This document shows positions 50,251-60,642 of a stretch of 64,000 nucleotides of DNA, piece after piece (position 1 is the stretch's first letter; the number at the start of each line of letters is the position of its first letter). Source of the DNA: Leptolyngbyaceae cyanobacterium (GTDB lineage Bacteria; Cyanobacteriota; Cyanobacteriia; Phormidesmidales; Phormidesmidaceae); contig CBDHHL010000056.1 of NCBI GenBank assembly GCA_965263355.1, forward strand, positions 960,001 through 1,024,000, read 5' to 3'. A model generated the notes under the pieces. The model was given only the letters and a program-made list of their open reading frames with translations, searched no databases and was not told the origin of the DNA. The position numbers and the translations under genes are program-made.

Positions 50251-50281
50251 TTCATACAAATCTTACTAACTTCTTGATTTT
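50251..50281 (+). promoter_or_regulatory. Shared OmpR-type regulator box, copy 2
   Basis: TTCAT-N4-ATCTTACTAA-N-TTCTTGATTTT. Confidence 0.6.
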
Positions 50282-50395
50282 CGATCTCTATAACTATCTT
50301 CGAAGAGGTTTCTCAGAAGAAAACCATGGTGTGTACATCACAACAGTTCTTTTGAGTCTCGGACTTACACGATGTCAATTTTTGGAGATAGATCA

Positions 50396-52318
50396 ATGAC
50401 TACGCTTCTTCCTGATTTTAATGATGCTACGTTCGAACCTGGTGCTGTTATTGACAATGAATATTTCCCTCTGAATCCAGGCAATCTTTATGTGTACGAA
50501 GGCCAGGAGGTAGATGAAGACGATGGCGATAACGAACAACGTGTGGTATTGGTGACCAACGAAACAGAGGATATCTTGGGAGTGACCACCAGGGTTGTGC
50601 GTGATAGCGAGTTTGACGATGGACTACTGACAGAAGATAAGTTGGTTTACTATGCTCAAGATGATCTGGGTAATGTCTGGCTGATGGGGGAGTCAGTCAC
50701 TGAATACGAGTATGACGAGAGTGGTAACGTCATCGATACGGACACCAATGATAGCTGGTTAGCGGGTGAGGAGGATAACCTACCTGGATTTATCATGTTG
50801 GCCGATCCTGAGGAGGGAGATGCCTACTATCAGCGATTTCAACTTGGGGAAGAAGAAGAGCAGGCCCTGGTGTTAGATGACGATTCTGAAATTGAGCTTG
50901 ATGGTGAAGAGATTGAGGATGTCCTACGGGTGAAAGAATTTTCTGCTTTAGAACCCGATGAATTTGATATTACTTACTACGCAGAGGACGTGGGTCAGGT
51001 AGCCCAGAAAGAATTTGAAGACGATGGAGAACTTGAGTTTGTATCTGAGCTAGTGGAGACCAAGGATTTAGGGGAGACATTACTACCAGACTTTAGTGCG
51101 GCCACATTTGAACCAGGGGCATTTGGCGATAATCCTTATATTTCGCTGACGCCCGGTTCAGTGCATAGCTATGAGTTAGAAGTGATCGATGAAGAGACCG
51201 GTGAAATTAGTCTGGAAAATAATCAGGTCTTTGTCACCTATGACACTAAAAATATTCTAGGGGTCGATGCCCGTGTGGTGAGAGATCGCGAATATGTCGA
51301 TGGTTTGCTGGTGGAAGATACCTTTGATTGGTATGCCCAGGATACGGATGGTAATGTGTGGTATATGGGTGAAGATTCCACCAGCTTTGAGTATGACGAT
51401 GCGGGGAATTTAATCGAAACTAATACTGACGGTTCCTGGCAAGCGGGTGTTGATGGTGCTTTGCCAGGTATTTTAATGTATGCGCAACCAGAAGTCGGGG
51501 CGAATTACTACCAGGAATTTTTCCTTGGGGAAGCCGAGGATGAGGCCCAGGTAGTAAGTTTAGATGAGTCCATCTCCATTGGGTTAGGCAGCTATGATAA
51601 TGTACTCCAAACCTTTGAATCCACTGCATTAGAGCCTGATGCTCTAGAGTTTAAGTACTATGCACCGGGGGTAGGGCTGCTGCGTATTGAGGCATTGGAT
51701 GAAGAGGGCGAGCCGGAAGAGGTCACAGAGTTCACTGGCATGGAGATGTTTGATCAGTTCTTCTTTGGTGAAGATGGCCGAGATAAGTTTGTTGGGGGTG
51801 ACGGCAATGACTTTATCGATGGTGGCGCTGGCAATGACAAGATTGCGGGTGGTCTAGGTGACGATAAAATCCTGGGTGGTGCTGGTAATGATGTATTGCG
51901 CGGTGATCTAAACCGTCGTAGTCCTCAAAATAATGTTGATGGTGGTGACGACCTGATCGATGGTGGCGCTGGTAATGACCGTATTGGTGGTAAGAGTGGT
52001 GATGACACCCTCTATGGTGGTACTGGCAATGATAGGCTATGGGGCGATGCTGGCGATGATTTGTTATTTGGCGGTGAGGGTAAGGATAAGCTATGGGGTG
52101 GTCTTGGCAGTGACACCTTTGTTCTGAGTGTTGGTGAAGGGCGAGACAAGATTATGGACTTTAAGGTGGGCACAGACCTGATTGGGTTGGGTGAGGACAT
52201 TTCCCTGGGTCAGCTTGAGTTTCAGGGGAATAAGATTCTGTTTGAGGATGAGGTTCTAGCTACGCTCTCTGGAGTGCATACCTGTACTCTTGGGGAGAGT
52301 AGTTTTGTGATGGTGTAA
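50396..52318 (+). CDS. Acidic RTX-type calcium-binding protein with a duplicated N-terminal domain
   Basis: Two LLPDF..ATFEPG...YAQD..GNVW repeats followed by GGxGxD nonapeptides. Confidence 0.85.
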   Translation: MTTLLPDFNDATFEPGAVIDNEYFPLNPGNLYVYEGQEVDEDDGDNEQRVVLVTNETEDILGVTTRVVRDSEFDDGLLTEDKLVYYAQDDLGNVWLMGESVTEYEYDESGNVIDTDTNDSWLAGEEDNLPGFIMLADPEEGDAYYQRFQLGEEEEQALVLDDDSEIELDGEEIEDVLRVKEFSALEPDEFDITYYAEDVGQVAQKEFEDDGELEFVSELVETKDLGETLLPDFSAATFEPGAFGDNPYISLTPGSVHSYELEVIDEETGEISLENNQVFVTYDTKNILGVDARVVRDREYVDGLLVEDTFDWYAQDTDGNVWYMGEDSTSFEYDDAGNLIETNTDGSWQAGVDGALPGILMYAQPEVGANYYQEFFLGEAEDEAQVVSLDESISIGLGSYDNVLQTFESTALEPDALEFKYYAPGVGLLRIEALDEEGEPEEVTEFTGMEMFDQFFFGEDGRDKFVGGDGNDFIDGGAGNDKIAGGLGDDKILGGAGNDVLRGDLNRRSPQNNVDGGDDLIDGGAGNDRIGGKSGDDTLYGGTGNDRLWGDAGDDLLFGGEGKDKLWGGLGSDTFVLSVGEGRDKIMDFKVGTDLIGLGEDISLGQLEFQGNKILFEDEVLATLSGVHTCTLGESSFVMV

Positions 52319-52327
52319 TCAGTTGCT

Positions 52328-52352
52328 GGGGCTCCTCATCGGAGCCCCTTTG
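52328..52352 (+). terminator. Intrinsic terminator-like hairpin
   Basis: GGGGCTCC-TCATC-GGAGCCCC followed by TTTG. Confidence 0.65.
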
Positions 52353-52462
52353 TTACAGATTTTGCCTTGAGTTAGTTGGCTTAAATATCTACAAACTAGT
52401 GTTGCCAATGCCGAGTTTTATAGGCTTAAACTGACCTGTGGTGGTGGGTGCGATTATGTATG

Positions 52463-52546
52463 AGTGTACGTCGAAGTTCAACGGCGGCAGTAACTTTAAA
52501 TTTTAACTGACTGCTGATGCTCCGCCGTTGCAACGCAGTGTTAGGC
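52463..52546 (-). mobile_element. attC-like integron cassette recombination site
   Basis: Minus strand: GCCTAAC-N5-GTTGCAAC...GTTGAAC-N6-GTACACT; the upstream gene's TAA lies inside GCCTAAC. Confidence 0.65.
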
Positions 52547-52894
52547 ATCACCGTCCGTTTTTGACGGTGCTTTGGCTGCGTCTTGTATCTTTTGCTGAAG
52601 AAGAGCAACCGTGCCAGAGTCTAGCGCCTTTTCCGGTGGCACTGTTTCTCGTTCAATCAATGCAGTTGCAATCTCAGATGAAGAAGCCTTTCCTAGGTCT
52701 TGTATCAAAGATTGGAATGCTAGTTTTTGTTGTTGAACCTCTTCTTTAGGAACTTCACTAACAGAATAGGTAAGGGTTACCTGTCGTGTTAGAGCATAGA
52801 CAATATATTGATTTAAGGAAACACCTTCACCTTCTGCCAAATTAGTTAATTGTTGGTGTAGTGTTTCTGGTAATCGAAGGGTTAATCGACTCAT
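52541..52894 (-). CDS. HicB-like/RHH antitoxin
   Basis: RLTLRLPETLHQQL...EGVSLNQYIVYAL. Confidence 0.8.
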   Translation of the reverse strand: MSRLTLRLPETLHQQLTNLAEGEGVSLNQYIVYALTRQVTLTYSVSEVPKEEVQQQKLAFQSLIQDLGKASSSEIATALIERETVPPEKALDSGTVALLQQKIQDAAKAPSKTDGDA

Positions 52895-53331
52895 GTTTCA
52901 CCTCCATTTCCTGCTAATTTGACGACTAATTCAATTGGAGTCATAACTCGTAAGCCTAACGATACTTCAGCACTTCGGAAGTCACGCAGATTAGATGTAA
53001 TGACGGTTGCTCCTGCATTCATGGCACAGTCCACAACTAAATCATCACCGGGATCTGGTGAAGTGGGTCTCCACGAATAGTAAATTGCTGCAAAATTACA
53101 AAGGTGTAGCAATTTACCTACAACGGGTCGAAGTGTTTGCCAGCGTTTTTCGGAAAGCTTACGGGATAAAACATCGACGTACTCGTAAGCAAGGGCATTA
53201 GAAACATAAACGGTTAACAAACCAGCCAACCATACATCTATGACTAACCCAGCAGCACCGCCCTGCTTGGTTAAGCCCTCGAATACCACGTTTGTATCAA
53301 TCACAACCCGCAAAGATGCATCAATAGCCAT
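52891..53331 (-). CDS. PIN-domain toxin
   Basis: VVIDTNV...DPGDD..VDCA...ITSNLRDF. Confidence 0.88.
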   Translation of the reverse strand: MAIDASLRVVIDTNVVFEGLTKQGGAAGLVIDVWLAGLLTVYVSNALAYEYVDVLSRKLSEKRWQTLRPVVGKLLHLCNFAAIYYSWRPTSPDPGDDLVVDCAMNAGATVITSNLRDFRSAEVSLGLRVMTPIELVVKLAGNGGET

Positions 53332-53811
53332 GACACTACTATAGCACTGTATCTGGTGTCATGACTTTATGCGAAGCTATTCGATATCAAACCCATTAGC
53401 TGACACCGACCAATACCGAATGGCCAAATTTCGCAGCTGTGCTATAGACTTCAATCCGCATGGGGTGGAGATGCAGTTGACTTAGGACTCCTCTTTACTC
53501 CGAGGGCGAGGTGTTCGTAGTCGATATTTAGACGCTACCGACCCTCATTTGCCCCAAAATGCTCGTATCAGCCATTTCGAGCACCTAAATTAACGAAGCT
53601 TCATCAAGGATTCACTTACATTACCCTTAGCAACCTTGCTCTAGCCTGCACCCTCGATTTGGCTTCAAAGGTGCTTCGACATTTATCCTCGTCTGCTGAT
53701 ACTGCCCTTCCATTACTGGTCGAACATTTCGAGGCGGACATCCACCTGAACACTGGCGGGAAGAGACTTTTGGGAGTCTCTTCAACTCCTCCAAACGACT
53801 TCGAGTCGCAC

Positions 53812-53895
53812 ACCTAGCGTGGAGCTGAGCGGCGGTCAGTATTTTTGCATCGATGCCTGGTCGTAAATTCCGTCCGCTCCTGCGTAGGGTTAGAC
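53812..53895 (-). mobile_element. attC-like integron cassette recombination site
   Basis: Minus strand: GTCTAAC-N5-GCAGGAGC...GCTCAGC-N5-GCTAGGT. Confidence 0.6.
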
Positions 53896-54067
53896 AGCAG
53901 GCCCGAGGGAATTGTCGATATGCACATCAGTAGTCTCTTGCCTTAAAAACACATAAATATAATGCGTTCTAATAAGCTTATCGGTGGAATCATATGAATT
54001 ACATCGAGTAACGCACCATACGGCCTGCTGGGAGGGATCAGTAGTGGAATAGCGGAATGCATGACAA

Positions 54068-54310
54068 TTAAGTCTGATCCGCTGACTCTAAAGTCTGTAT
54101 CAGCATGGCACCAACCCCAAAACTGTTGTAAGGGGTCGGCAAATCATAGGCCTTGAAGGGTTCCAAGGGCGAGATATCCTCTGCTGACTCTAGATCCTCT
54201 GCTAAAATTCGGATTAACCTGAGCTTCTCGATAATAGAAAATCGGTGAACGGATGGTAGAACTTCAGATAAAGTAGTACAAATGTTTCTAAGCAGAAAAG
54301 CTATAAGCAA
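54068..54310 (-). CDS. Small hypothetical protein (start uncertain, possibly decayed)
   Basis: LSEVLPSV..EKLRLIRILAEDL...PTPYNSFG. Confidence 0.5.
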   Translation of the reverse strand: MLIAFLLRNICTTLSEVLPSVHRFSIIEKLRLIRILAEDLESAEDISPLEPFKAYDLPTPYNSFGVGAMLIQTLESADQT

Positions 54311-54393
54311 ACTCTAACCTTTATTTGCCAAAACAATTCGGCTATCGTAAGCAATTCGAAGACCAAAATTTCCTTCAAGGTAGAATCACCTGA

Positions 54394-55083
54394 TCATAAA
54401 GGTATCCAGCTTTTTTCAAGACTATTCTTTAAAGCTTCAGGCAGTCGAAACTGCTTTACATTGCTAATGTGTAGTAAGGCTGGGTCAATCGGAACGGCAG
54501 CATACCAATTGTGATACACACGAAGATGGATGTTGTCCTCGTCGTATGCATCGATAGCTGCTACTGCACTAATTGTAGTATTAATATCAGAGCGCATCGC
54601 ACGTTTACCACCCGACTCTACTTTTCCAAAAACATTTGGTTGCTTAGGATCTCTAGGAACTGCAACTGGTATCTGATCAACACCCTTCATAGCGGTCATT
54701 ACGCAATATTCACTTGTATGGCCTAACCATGGGCCTAAACATGGATCGGGGAAAACGTTATCGAAAACGAATAGCAAAGTTGGTATCTTTCCTTTGGAAA
54801 GCTGTTTCAATTGTGAGTTTGCCTTACGAATTGCTTTCCTAATTCTTTCTCCAGGATTTATGGAAAAAGCAATACCTTCTCCCTGCTGCTGTCTCTTGAT
54901 TATTTCTTGCTCTTCCTCATTGAGATCAAACTGTTTGATCTCAACAATAAAATCTTGTCCAGATAGATTGATTTTGTAATCTGGCCTTCTTGCTAGGGAA
55001 GATTCTTCAATTTTTTCCCATGAAATTTGATTTAAATTGCAGAAAGTTTCAAACAATTTTTCGGACTTAGATTTCTGACTCAT
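54394..55083 (-). CDS. Hypothetical protein with PD-(D/E)XK-like motif
   Basis: RPDYKI...IVEIK; AT-rich. Confidence 0.65.
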   Translation of the reverse strand: MSQKSKSEKLFETFCNLNQISWEKIEESSLARRPDYKINLSGQDFIVEIKQFDLNEEEQEIIKRQQQGEGIAFSINPGERIRKAIRKANSQLKQLSKGKIPTLLFVFDNVFPDPCLGPWLGHTSEYCVMTAMKGVDQIPVAVPRDPKQPNVFGKVESGGKRAMRSDINTTISAVAAIDAYDEDNIHLRVYHNWYAAVPIDPALLHISNVKQFRLPEALKNSLEKSWIPL

Positions 55084-55670
55084 CTGACTTACATAAGGTC
55101 ATCTTCTTGAATTTTCTAACCAGGAACAATACACCTTAATTTTTTATACTCAAAGGCATATACAGATTTTCTTAGGTCGGTCTAACTCTTGATTAGATCT
55201 ACTCTTTCAGTCTATCTCCCCTTATTGGCATACTATACTGCACACTTGCAGTCTATCCACCCAAATTGGCGTACTATACTGCGAGGTGTCTATATAGCCC
55301 CCTATATTAGACGGATATATGGAAAATTTCAGTATAGTTACCCTTTGAACAGGTTAATGCGTAGCATCGTAACATTCAGGACAATTAGCTCTGATCAGAA
55401 ACTACTGCTTAAACCAATAACCCTGATGGGTGCGCCAAGCATTTAGGCAAAGAACTGGATAACTTGTAATTCAATGTCAGAACTGCTGAATAAGATCCAC
55501 TCTTCCGGGTGTTATTCAGCATTTTTGCGAAATAACATCCCTATTCATAAAACCTATACTTGATGTCTACTGTATAACCCCAAGAATCTATGGTGTTATC
55601 CATTACTTTCGACAGATAAGCATCCCTAAAAGGGAGTTATACAGCATTTATATGACACCACTTGCTAGCT

Positions 55671-56891
55671 CTAATCCGCAGGTAGCTCAACTGTAAAACA
55701 ACTGCCCTGCCCAAGCTGGCTGGTTACCTTAATCTCACCCCCATGGCTGTGGGCAATACTCTGGGCGATAGCCAAGCCTAACCCTGCGCCGTCGCTTTTG
55801 TAAGCCCGAGCCTGATCGGCTTGCCAGAAGCGTTCAAAAATATGGTCTAAATGGTCAGGGGAAATGCCAATGCCGGTATCTTTTACACTAATAATGAGTT
55901 TAGGAGATATATGTTTAGCCGTTATTTTAACCGTGCCTCCTTCAGGGGTATAGCGTAGGGCATTGTCGATTAAATTAGTAATCAGACGAGTGATCTGGAC
56001 CTGGTTGCCAATGGTCAGTAGCCTGGTTGCAAATTGGGCCTGTAGACGAATCTGTTTAGCATTTGCCTGAGGCAGATATAGGGTATGGAGCTGTTCCAGG
56101 ACGGGGGTGAGATCAATTGAGGTGTGTTCGACAACCATTTTCTGATCTAACCTTGTCAGTATTAATAAGTCTTCGGTAAGGGCCTTCATTTGCATAGAGG
56201 CACTTTTGATTGCTTGAAATTTTTCTGCATCTGAAGGGCGCATATTGTCTGGATATTTGAGCGCCACAGTGGCATTGGTCTGGATTGCCATGAGCGGGCT
56301 ACGCAGTTCATGGGAGGCATCAGATGTGAATCGCTGCAACCGCTGAAAACTGTTTTCAATGGGATGCATGGCCTGATGTGTGAGCCATAGACCACCCAAG
56401 GTACTAAGCATAAGGGCTGCGATAATACCGCTCCCTAAGCCTATATCCAGGGTTCGTAATGTATTATTGTTAGCAAGGGTAGACTCGCTTACTCGGGTGT
56501 AGCCAAGAAATACGCCTTTGTTCTCATCAGTGACAGGAATCGTTAAGGCCTTTACTGGATGAGGATGCTGTTGGATTTGAAGCGAGGTTTCTAGCTTTAA
56601 AGGGAGTGTGGTGACATACTGCCCCTGGCTTTCTAAAAGGGTACCGTCTTCATCAAACCATTGTACAGCTTGATTTTCGTTGGTAATATTTTCGAGATCA
56701 ACGCTGAGGGTGCCACCGTCAAGTTCCAGTTCAAGGGCGGCTGAGCGGGCTAAGGTGGCTAATCGATTATTGAGTTGCTGGTTAAGGCTATAGGCAAATG
56801 TGGTGCGGACTGCGATCGCAAACACCCCTAACACTACAGTCAATACCACCAGATAAGACAACAACAGTCGAGTTTGAATTTGCTTGAACAC
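55671..56891 (-). CDS. Sensor histidine kinase (RppB-like)
   Basis: FTSDASHELRSP, NLIDNALRYT, DTGIG and GAGLGLAI. Confidence 0.92.
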   Translation of the reverse strand: MFKQIQTRLLLSYLVVLTVVLGVFAIAVRTTFAYSLNQQLNNRLATLARSAALELELDGGTLSVDLENITNENQAVQWFDEDGTLLESQGQYVTTLPLKLETSLQIQQHPHPVKALTIPVTDENKGVFLGYTRVSESTLANNNTLRTLDIGLGSGIIAALMLSTLGGLWLTHQAMHPIENSFQRLQRFTSDASHELRSPLMAIQTNATVALKYPDNMRPSDAEKFQAIKSASMQMKALTEDLLILTRLDQKMVVEHTSIDLTPVLEQLHTLYLPQANAKQIRLQAQFATRLLTIGNQVQITRLITNLIDNALRYTPEGGTVKITAKHISPKLIISVKDTGIGISPDHLDHIFERFWQADQARAYKSDGAGLGLAIAQSIAHSHGGEIKVTSQLGQGSCFTVELPAD

Positions 56892-56983
56892 CGCGTTAAA
56901 TTCCTGTTGCCCCTTGAAACCATTATGGCATTACCCATTAGTCGTCCACCATGGTATACATTGCGTAATTCTTACACAGTTAA

Positions 56984-58237
56984 CTAAAATTCAAAAGCTG
57001 TTCTTACGGTAAAGAGAACAATATCATCGTTATCATTATTGTGGTCAGGGGCCGTGAGCCAGACAAAGCCAGGAGTTATTGAGAGATAGTCATTTAACTG
57101 ATGCGTGTAGAATGCCTCAATGTGAAAGGACGTATCGGGATCACGCTGCCGGTCATCAATAGAAAACCCACTAGTGTCCATTAATTTAGGCTCTTGACCA
57201 AGAATAATGCCCAACAGATTATCCTCTCCTCCCAAGTCTGGAAATGCCAGGGTTAAGGCATAGTTCAAAAGATAAGCGTTGCCCTCGTCAATCACCCTGG
57301 CGTTGGTATAGCCTACCCACCCGCCGATAGCTAGCCACTCATTGGGGGACCAGTTCCCTGCCAAACCATAGGAATTACCAATGACGGGTTGTTCTAAATC
57401 AAGCTGCGACCGAAAACTGCCGGTATCTGTTTCTAGACTACTATCGTTGTTGGTATACACATAGGTGAAACCCAAAAGTAGCTCATCGCTTGGTTCATAG
57501 CCAACCTGGATAAAGGCACTGTTGTTGCGGTCAAACAAACCTGTCGATGCGTCGCTAGCACTGTCAGCAAAGTAACCTATGCCAATATCTAAACCCTCTA
57601 TGGGCTCATAGTTTATCTGGATGCCCACATCTTCCACCAGGCTATGGATAGGGTTTTCGCTGCCGAACTCAGAAATTGCCCCAGTGAGATCATCTTCTAA
57701 AAGGGGATTGAAGTCATCGAGATCGTCACCTGTGGTTGAGAGATATACAGTCCCATCATCACCAATGGGAAACTCATAGGACAGTTCGCTCATCTCGACA
57801 TTGTCATCCGTATCGGTTAGAAAGCTAAGCTGTCCTTCGGCTGTAATCTCATCATTAAAGCTAAATTCTCCGGCGTTACCCGCTTCAATGCCAATTTCTA
57901 ACTGGTCTTCTCCTGTAAAGGTGACACCCAGGATAAGTTCAATACTGCGGTCAAATCTGCTGCTGTCGCTAATATCATTACCGGCAACATCACTGATACC
58001 GAAGATGGCCTCTCCCGATAGGGTAATTACAGGAGATACCTGTTCTTCTTCTAGGTTAGAGATGCGATTTTCCAAATCATCGACCTGTGTTTCTATCGCT
58101 GCTTGTTCCTTTAGCAGTTCTTCAAGCTCGGAGACAAGAGAAAATGGGATATCAGAGTCCTGATCAATCAGACTTTGGGCGATAATTGGCTGTACTTCAA
58201 TCGGGTGTAAAGGGGCAAGATATTCGATGAAAAGCAT
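56984..58237 (-). CDS. Cyanobacterial outer-membrane porin (OprB/iron uptake porin family)
   Basis: Coiled coil then LSGEAIFG...; C-terminal ITPGFVW..P...VRTAFEF. Confidence 0.85.
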   Translation of the reverse strand: MLFIEYLAPLHPIEVQPIIAQSLIDQDSDIPFSLVSELEELLKEQAAIETQVDDLENRISNLEEEQVSPVITLSGEAIFGISDVAGNDISDSSRFDRSIELILGVTFTGEDQLEIGIEAGNAGEFSFNDEITAEGQLSFLTDTDDNVEMSELSYEFPIGDDGTVYLSTTGDDLDDFNPLLEDDLTGAISEFGSENPIHSLVEDVGIQINYEPIEGLDIGIGYFADSASDASTGLFDRNNSAFIQVGYEPSDELLLGFTYVYTNNDSSLETDTGSFRSQLDLEQPVIGNSYGLAGNWSPNEWLAIGGWVGYTNARVIDEGNAYLLNYALTLAFPDLGGEDNLLGIILGQEPKLMDTSGFSIDDRQRDPDTSFHIEAFYTHQLNDYLSITPGFVWLTAPDHNNDNDDIVLFTVRTAFEF

Positions 58238-58247
58238 AAATTGTCTC

Positions 58248-58928
58248 TTAATGGTTTAGCCTGTTGAGGCGATAGCCGACGCCATAAACGGTTTCTATAT
58301 ACGGATGCTTGCTGCCAGCACTTTTGAATTTTTGGCGGAGGTTGTTGATATGGGTGCGGATGGTCCCTTCTCCAGAGTCGCGATCGCACTCCCAAAGCTT
58401 GTCTAATAACATGGCTCGGGTAAACACCTGCCCTGGATGTTGCATCAGATGCTCCAGAATTAAATACTCTTTGGGCGTCAGCTCTAGAGTTTTGCCTGCA
58501 TAGCTCACCAGATGGGTGCCTGGATCTAGCTGCAGCTGGCCCTGCTGTAAAACAAGAGCCTGAATCTGAGTAGGGCGACGCGATAAAGCCCGAATACGCG
58601 CAGCTAGCTCATCCACCTCAAAGGGTTTGACCATATAGTCATCGGCCCCAGCATCCAGACCGATAATTTTATCGGTGGTGGTGTCCTTAGCAGTTAGCAT
58701 GAGCACAAAGCCGCTAAAGCCAGATGTACGCAACTTTTTGCATAGACTAATGCCATCCAGGCGAGGCAGCATTAAATCCAGCAGAATCAGGTCATAATCA
58801 ATACTCTGGGCATAGTCCCAACCATCTACGCCATCAGCAGCCATATCGACAACATGCTGTTGGTACTTGAGATCTTCCGCTAGCGGCTTAGCGATACGGT
58901 CATCATCTTCGACTAATAGGATTCTCAC
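58248..58928 (-). CDS. OmpR-family response regulator
   Basis: RILLVEDD, LDLMLP, GADDYMVKPF and ETVYGVGYR. Confidence 0.95.
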   Translation of the reverse strand: MRILLVEDDDRIAKPLAEDLKYQQHVVDMAADGVDGWDYAQSIDYDLILLDLMLPRLDGISLCKKLRTSGFSGFVLMLTAKDTTTDKIIGLDAGADDYMVKPFEVDELAARIRALSRRPTQIQALVLQQGQLQLDPGTHLVSYAGKTLELTPKEYLILEHLMQHPGQVFTRAMLLDKLWECDRDSGEGTIRTHINNLRQKFKSAGSKHPYIETVYGVGYRLNRLNH

Positions 58929-59247
58929 CCATCTATTCTCCCAAGAGTCCAGTTGACTTCATTCATATGCCACAGCTATACAGTACTCCTAAAAGATCAA
59001 GAACTTGATAAGTTTTTGATCTTGAAACGATATAACTCAAAAAGAGCAATGCTGGAATCTTAAGATTTCTCAATTAGATTTGAAAGACGTCCTTAATCAA
59101 TAGATCTAATAGTGTATTGACTGTTAAATTTTAGCATCAGGGCTCTCGATAACAGAGTTACATCCTTCTTTCAAAGATAAAACGAATGCCGATTATGTAC
59201 CTTAATGACTACAATGACGTCTAAGTTCTGTAGGACGCCTAGACGCT

Positions 59248-59607
59248 ATGAATAAGCATGAAAAAATAAACTACATTGAATTGCCTGCTCATGATATTCC
59301 GGCGACAAAGGCGTTTTTTACCCAGGTCTTTGGTTGGTCTTTTGAGGATTTTGGTTCTGAGTACACGGCATTTACCGACCAGGGGTTAGACGGTGGCTTC
59401 TTTAAATCTTACCTGGCATCATCTACTAAAAACGGTGGAGCGCTGATTGTTTTTTACAGTCAGGAGCTGGAGGCGACACAGGCTAAGATTGAAGCAGCAG
59501 GCGGTGTCATTGTTGAAACTATATTCTCGTTTCCAGGGGGTCAGCGGTTTCATTTTACTGAGCCTAGTGGTAATGAGTTTGCTGTCTGGTCAGATCTGGG
59601 TAAATGA
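59248..59607 (+). CDS. VOC/glyoxalase-family protein
   Basis: INYIELPA...FPGGQRFHFTEPSGNE. Confidence 0.88.
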   Translation: MNKHEKINYIELPAHDIPATKAFFTQVFGWSFEDFGSEYTAFTDQGLDGGFFKSYLASSTKNGGALIVFYSQELEATQAKIEAAGGVIVETIFSFPGGQRFHFTEPSGNEFAVWSDLGK

Positions 59608-60500
59608 AAATAAGGTTAGGATATTTCTTGAGTAGACGATGGATTATCTTTGCTTGCCTGCTTGCCCTTGAAAGTTGTGGCAGTGATCTTGCACCTGCAG
59701 ACTCAACAAATCTCATTCGTCATAATTTCTTGGTAGAGGATCAGCATTTTTCTGTTTTACTGCCAGCTAATATACAGCCAATGTCGTCCAGGTCCGAGAG
59801 GGCTGAAGTTGTTTTTTCAGATAATGAGAGGCAGCGTGTGATTCAATACATCAGGTTTTTACCATCAGATGCCTCCACAAATGCTGATTATTCCAAGGTT
59901 ATATCATTGGAGAGTAGCGCTGTTTTAGGATATAAAATTTCTCAACCAAAGGAAATTGGTTCTGGGGGGCCTGAGGTTGTTTTAATGGGGGAGCTAGACT
60001 TTGGTAATGCTCAAATCAAAGTGGAGTGCCATACTCAGCATGAATGGGAGCCTAAGGGACAATGGTGCATACCGTTTTTACATCATGTGCTCAATCAGCA
60101 GGCCGACTCTTCTGTAGTAGTGGAAACAGCCACGCCACCTTTAATTGAGGCGACACTGGCAGGAAATAGCGAGGTGGTGAGCAGGCTGCTTGAGCAAGGC
60201 ACCGATCCAAATCTGGTCTACAACACCAATACTGCCCTCACCTATGCAGCTCGTGATGGCTTTACAGACATCGCTCGTCTACTTATTGACCATGGTGCCA
60301 ATGTTAACTGGATCGATGGAGAAGGCGTTACACCATTAATTCTGGCATCGTTCAAAGACCACATTGAGTTAGTTGAACTCTTGCTAGCCCATGGTGCTGA
60401 CACAACTATTAGAGATCAATGGAATCGAACAGCGCTGGACTATGCCCTACGTCGTGGACCAGCAGACCCCATTGTTCAGTTATTAAGAGAAAGACCATGA
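59604..60500 (+). CDS. Ankyrin-repeat protein with lipoprotein-like N-terminus
   Basis: TALTYAA, TPLILAS and TALDYA repeats; LESC lipobox-like sequence. Confidence 0.8.
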   Translation: MKIRLGYFLSRRWIIFACLLALESCGSDLAPADSTNLIRHNFLVEDQHFSVLLPANIQPMSSRSERAEVVFSDNERQRVIQYIRFLPSDASTNADYSKVISLESSAVLGYKISQPKEIGSGGPEVVLMGELDFGNAQIKVECHTQHEWEPKGQWCIPFLHHVLNQQADSSVVVETATPPLIEATLAGNSEVVSRLLEQGTDPNLVYNTNTALTYAARDGFTDIARLLIDHGANVNWIDGEGVTPLILASFKDHIELVELLLAHGADTTIRDQWNRTALDYALRRGPADPIVQLLRERP

Positions 60501-60642
60501 TAAATTTTTCTCAAGCATAACGGATTCCACTTTTAATGCTGCTTTACTTACAAAATACTGGTTACGGGAACCAATGAACAAGGGTAACAATCAGCCGCCT
60601 TTAGCCTAAAATTAAGGTATTACCACCGGCTGATAAATTGCA

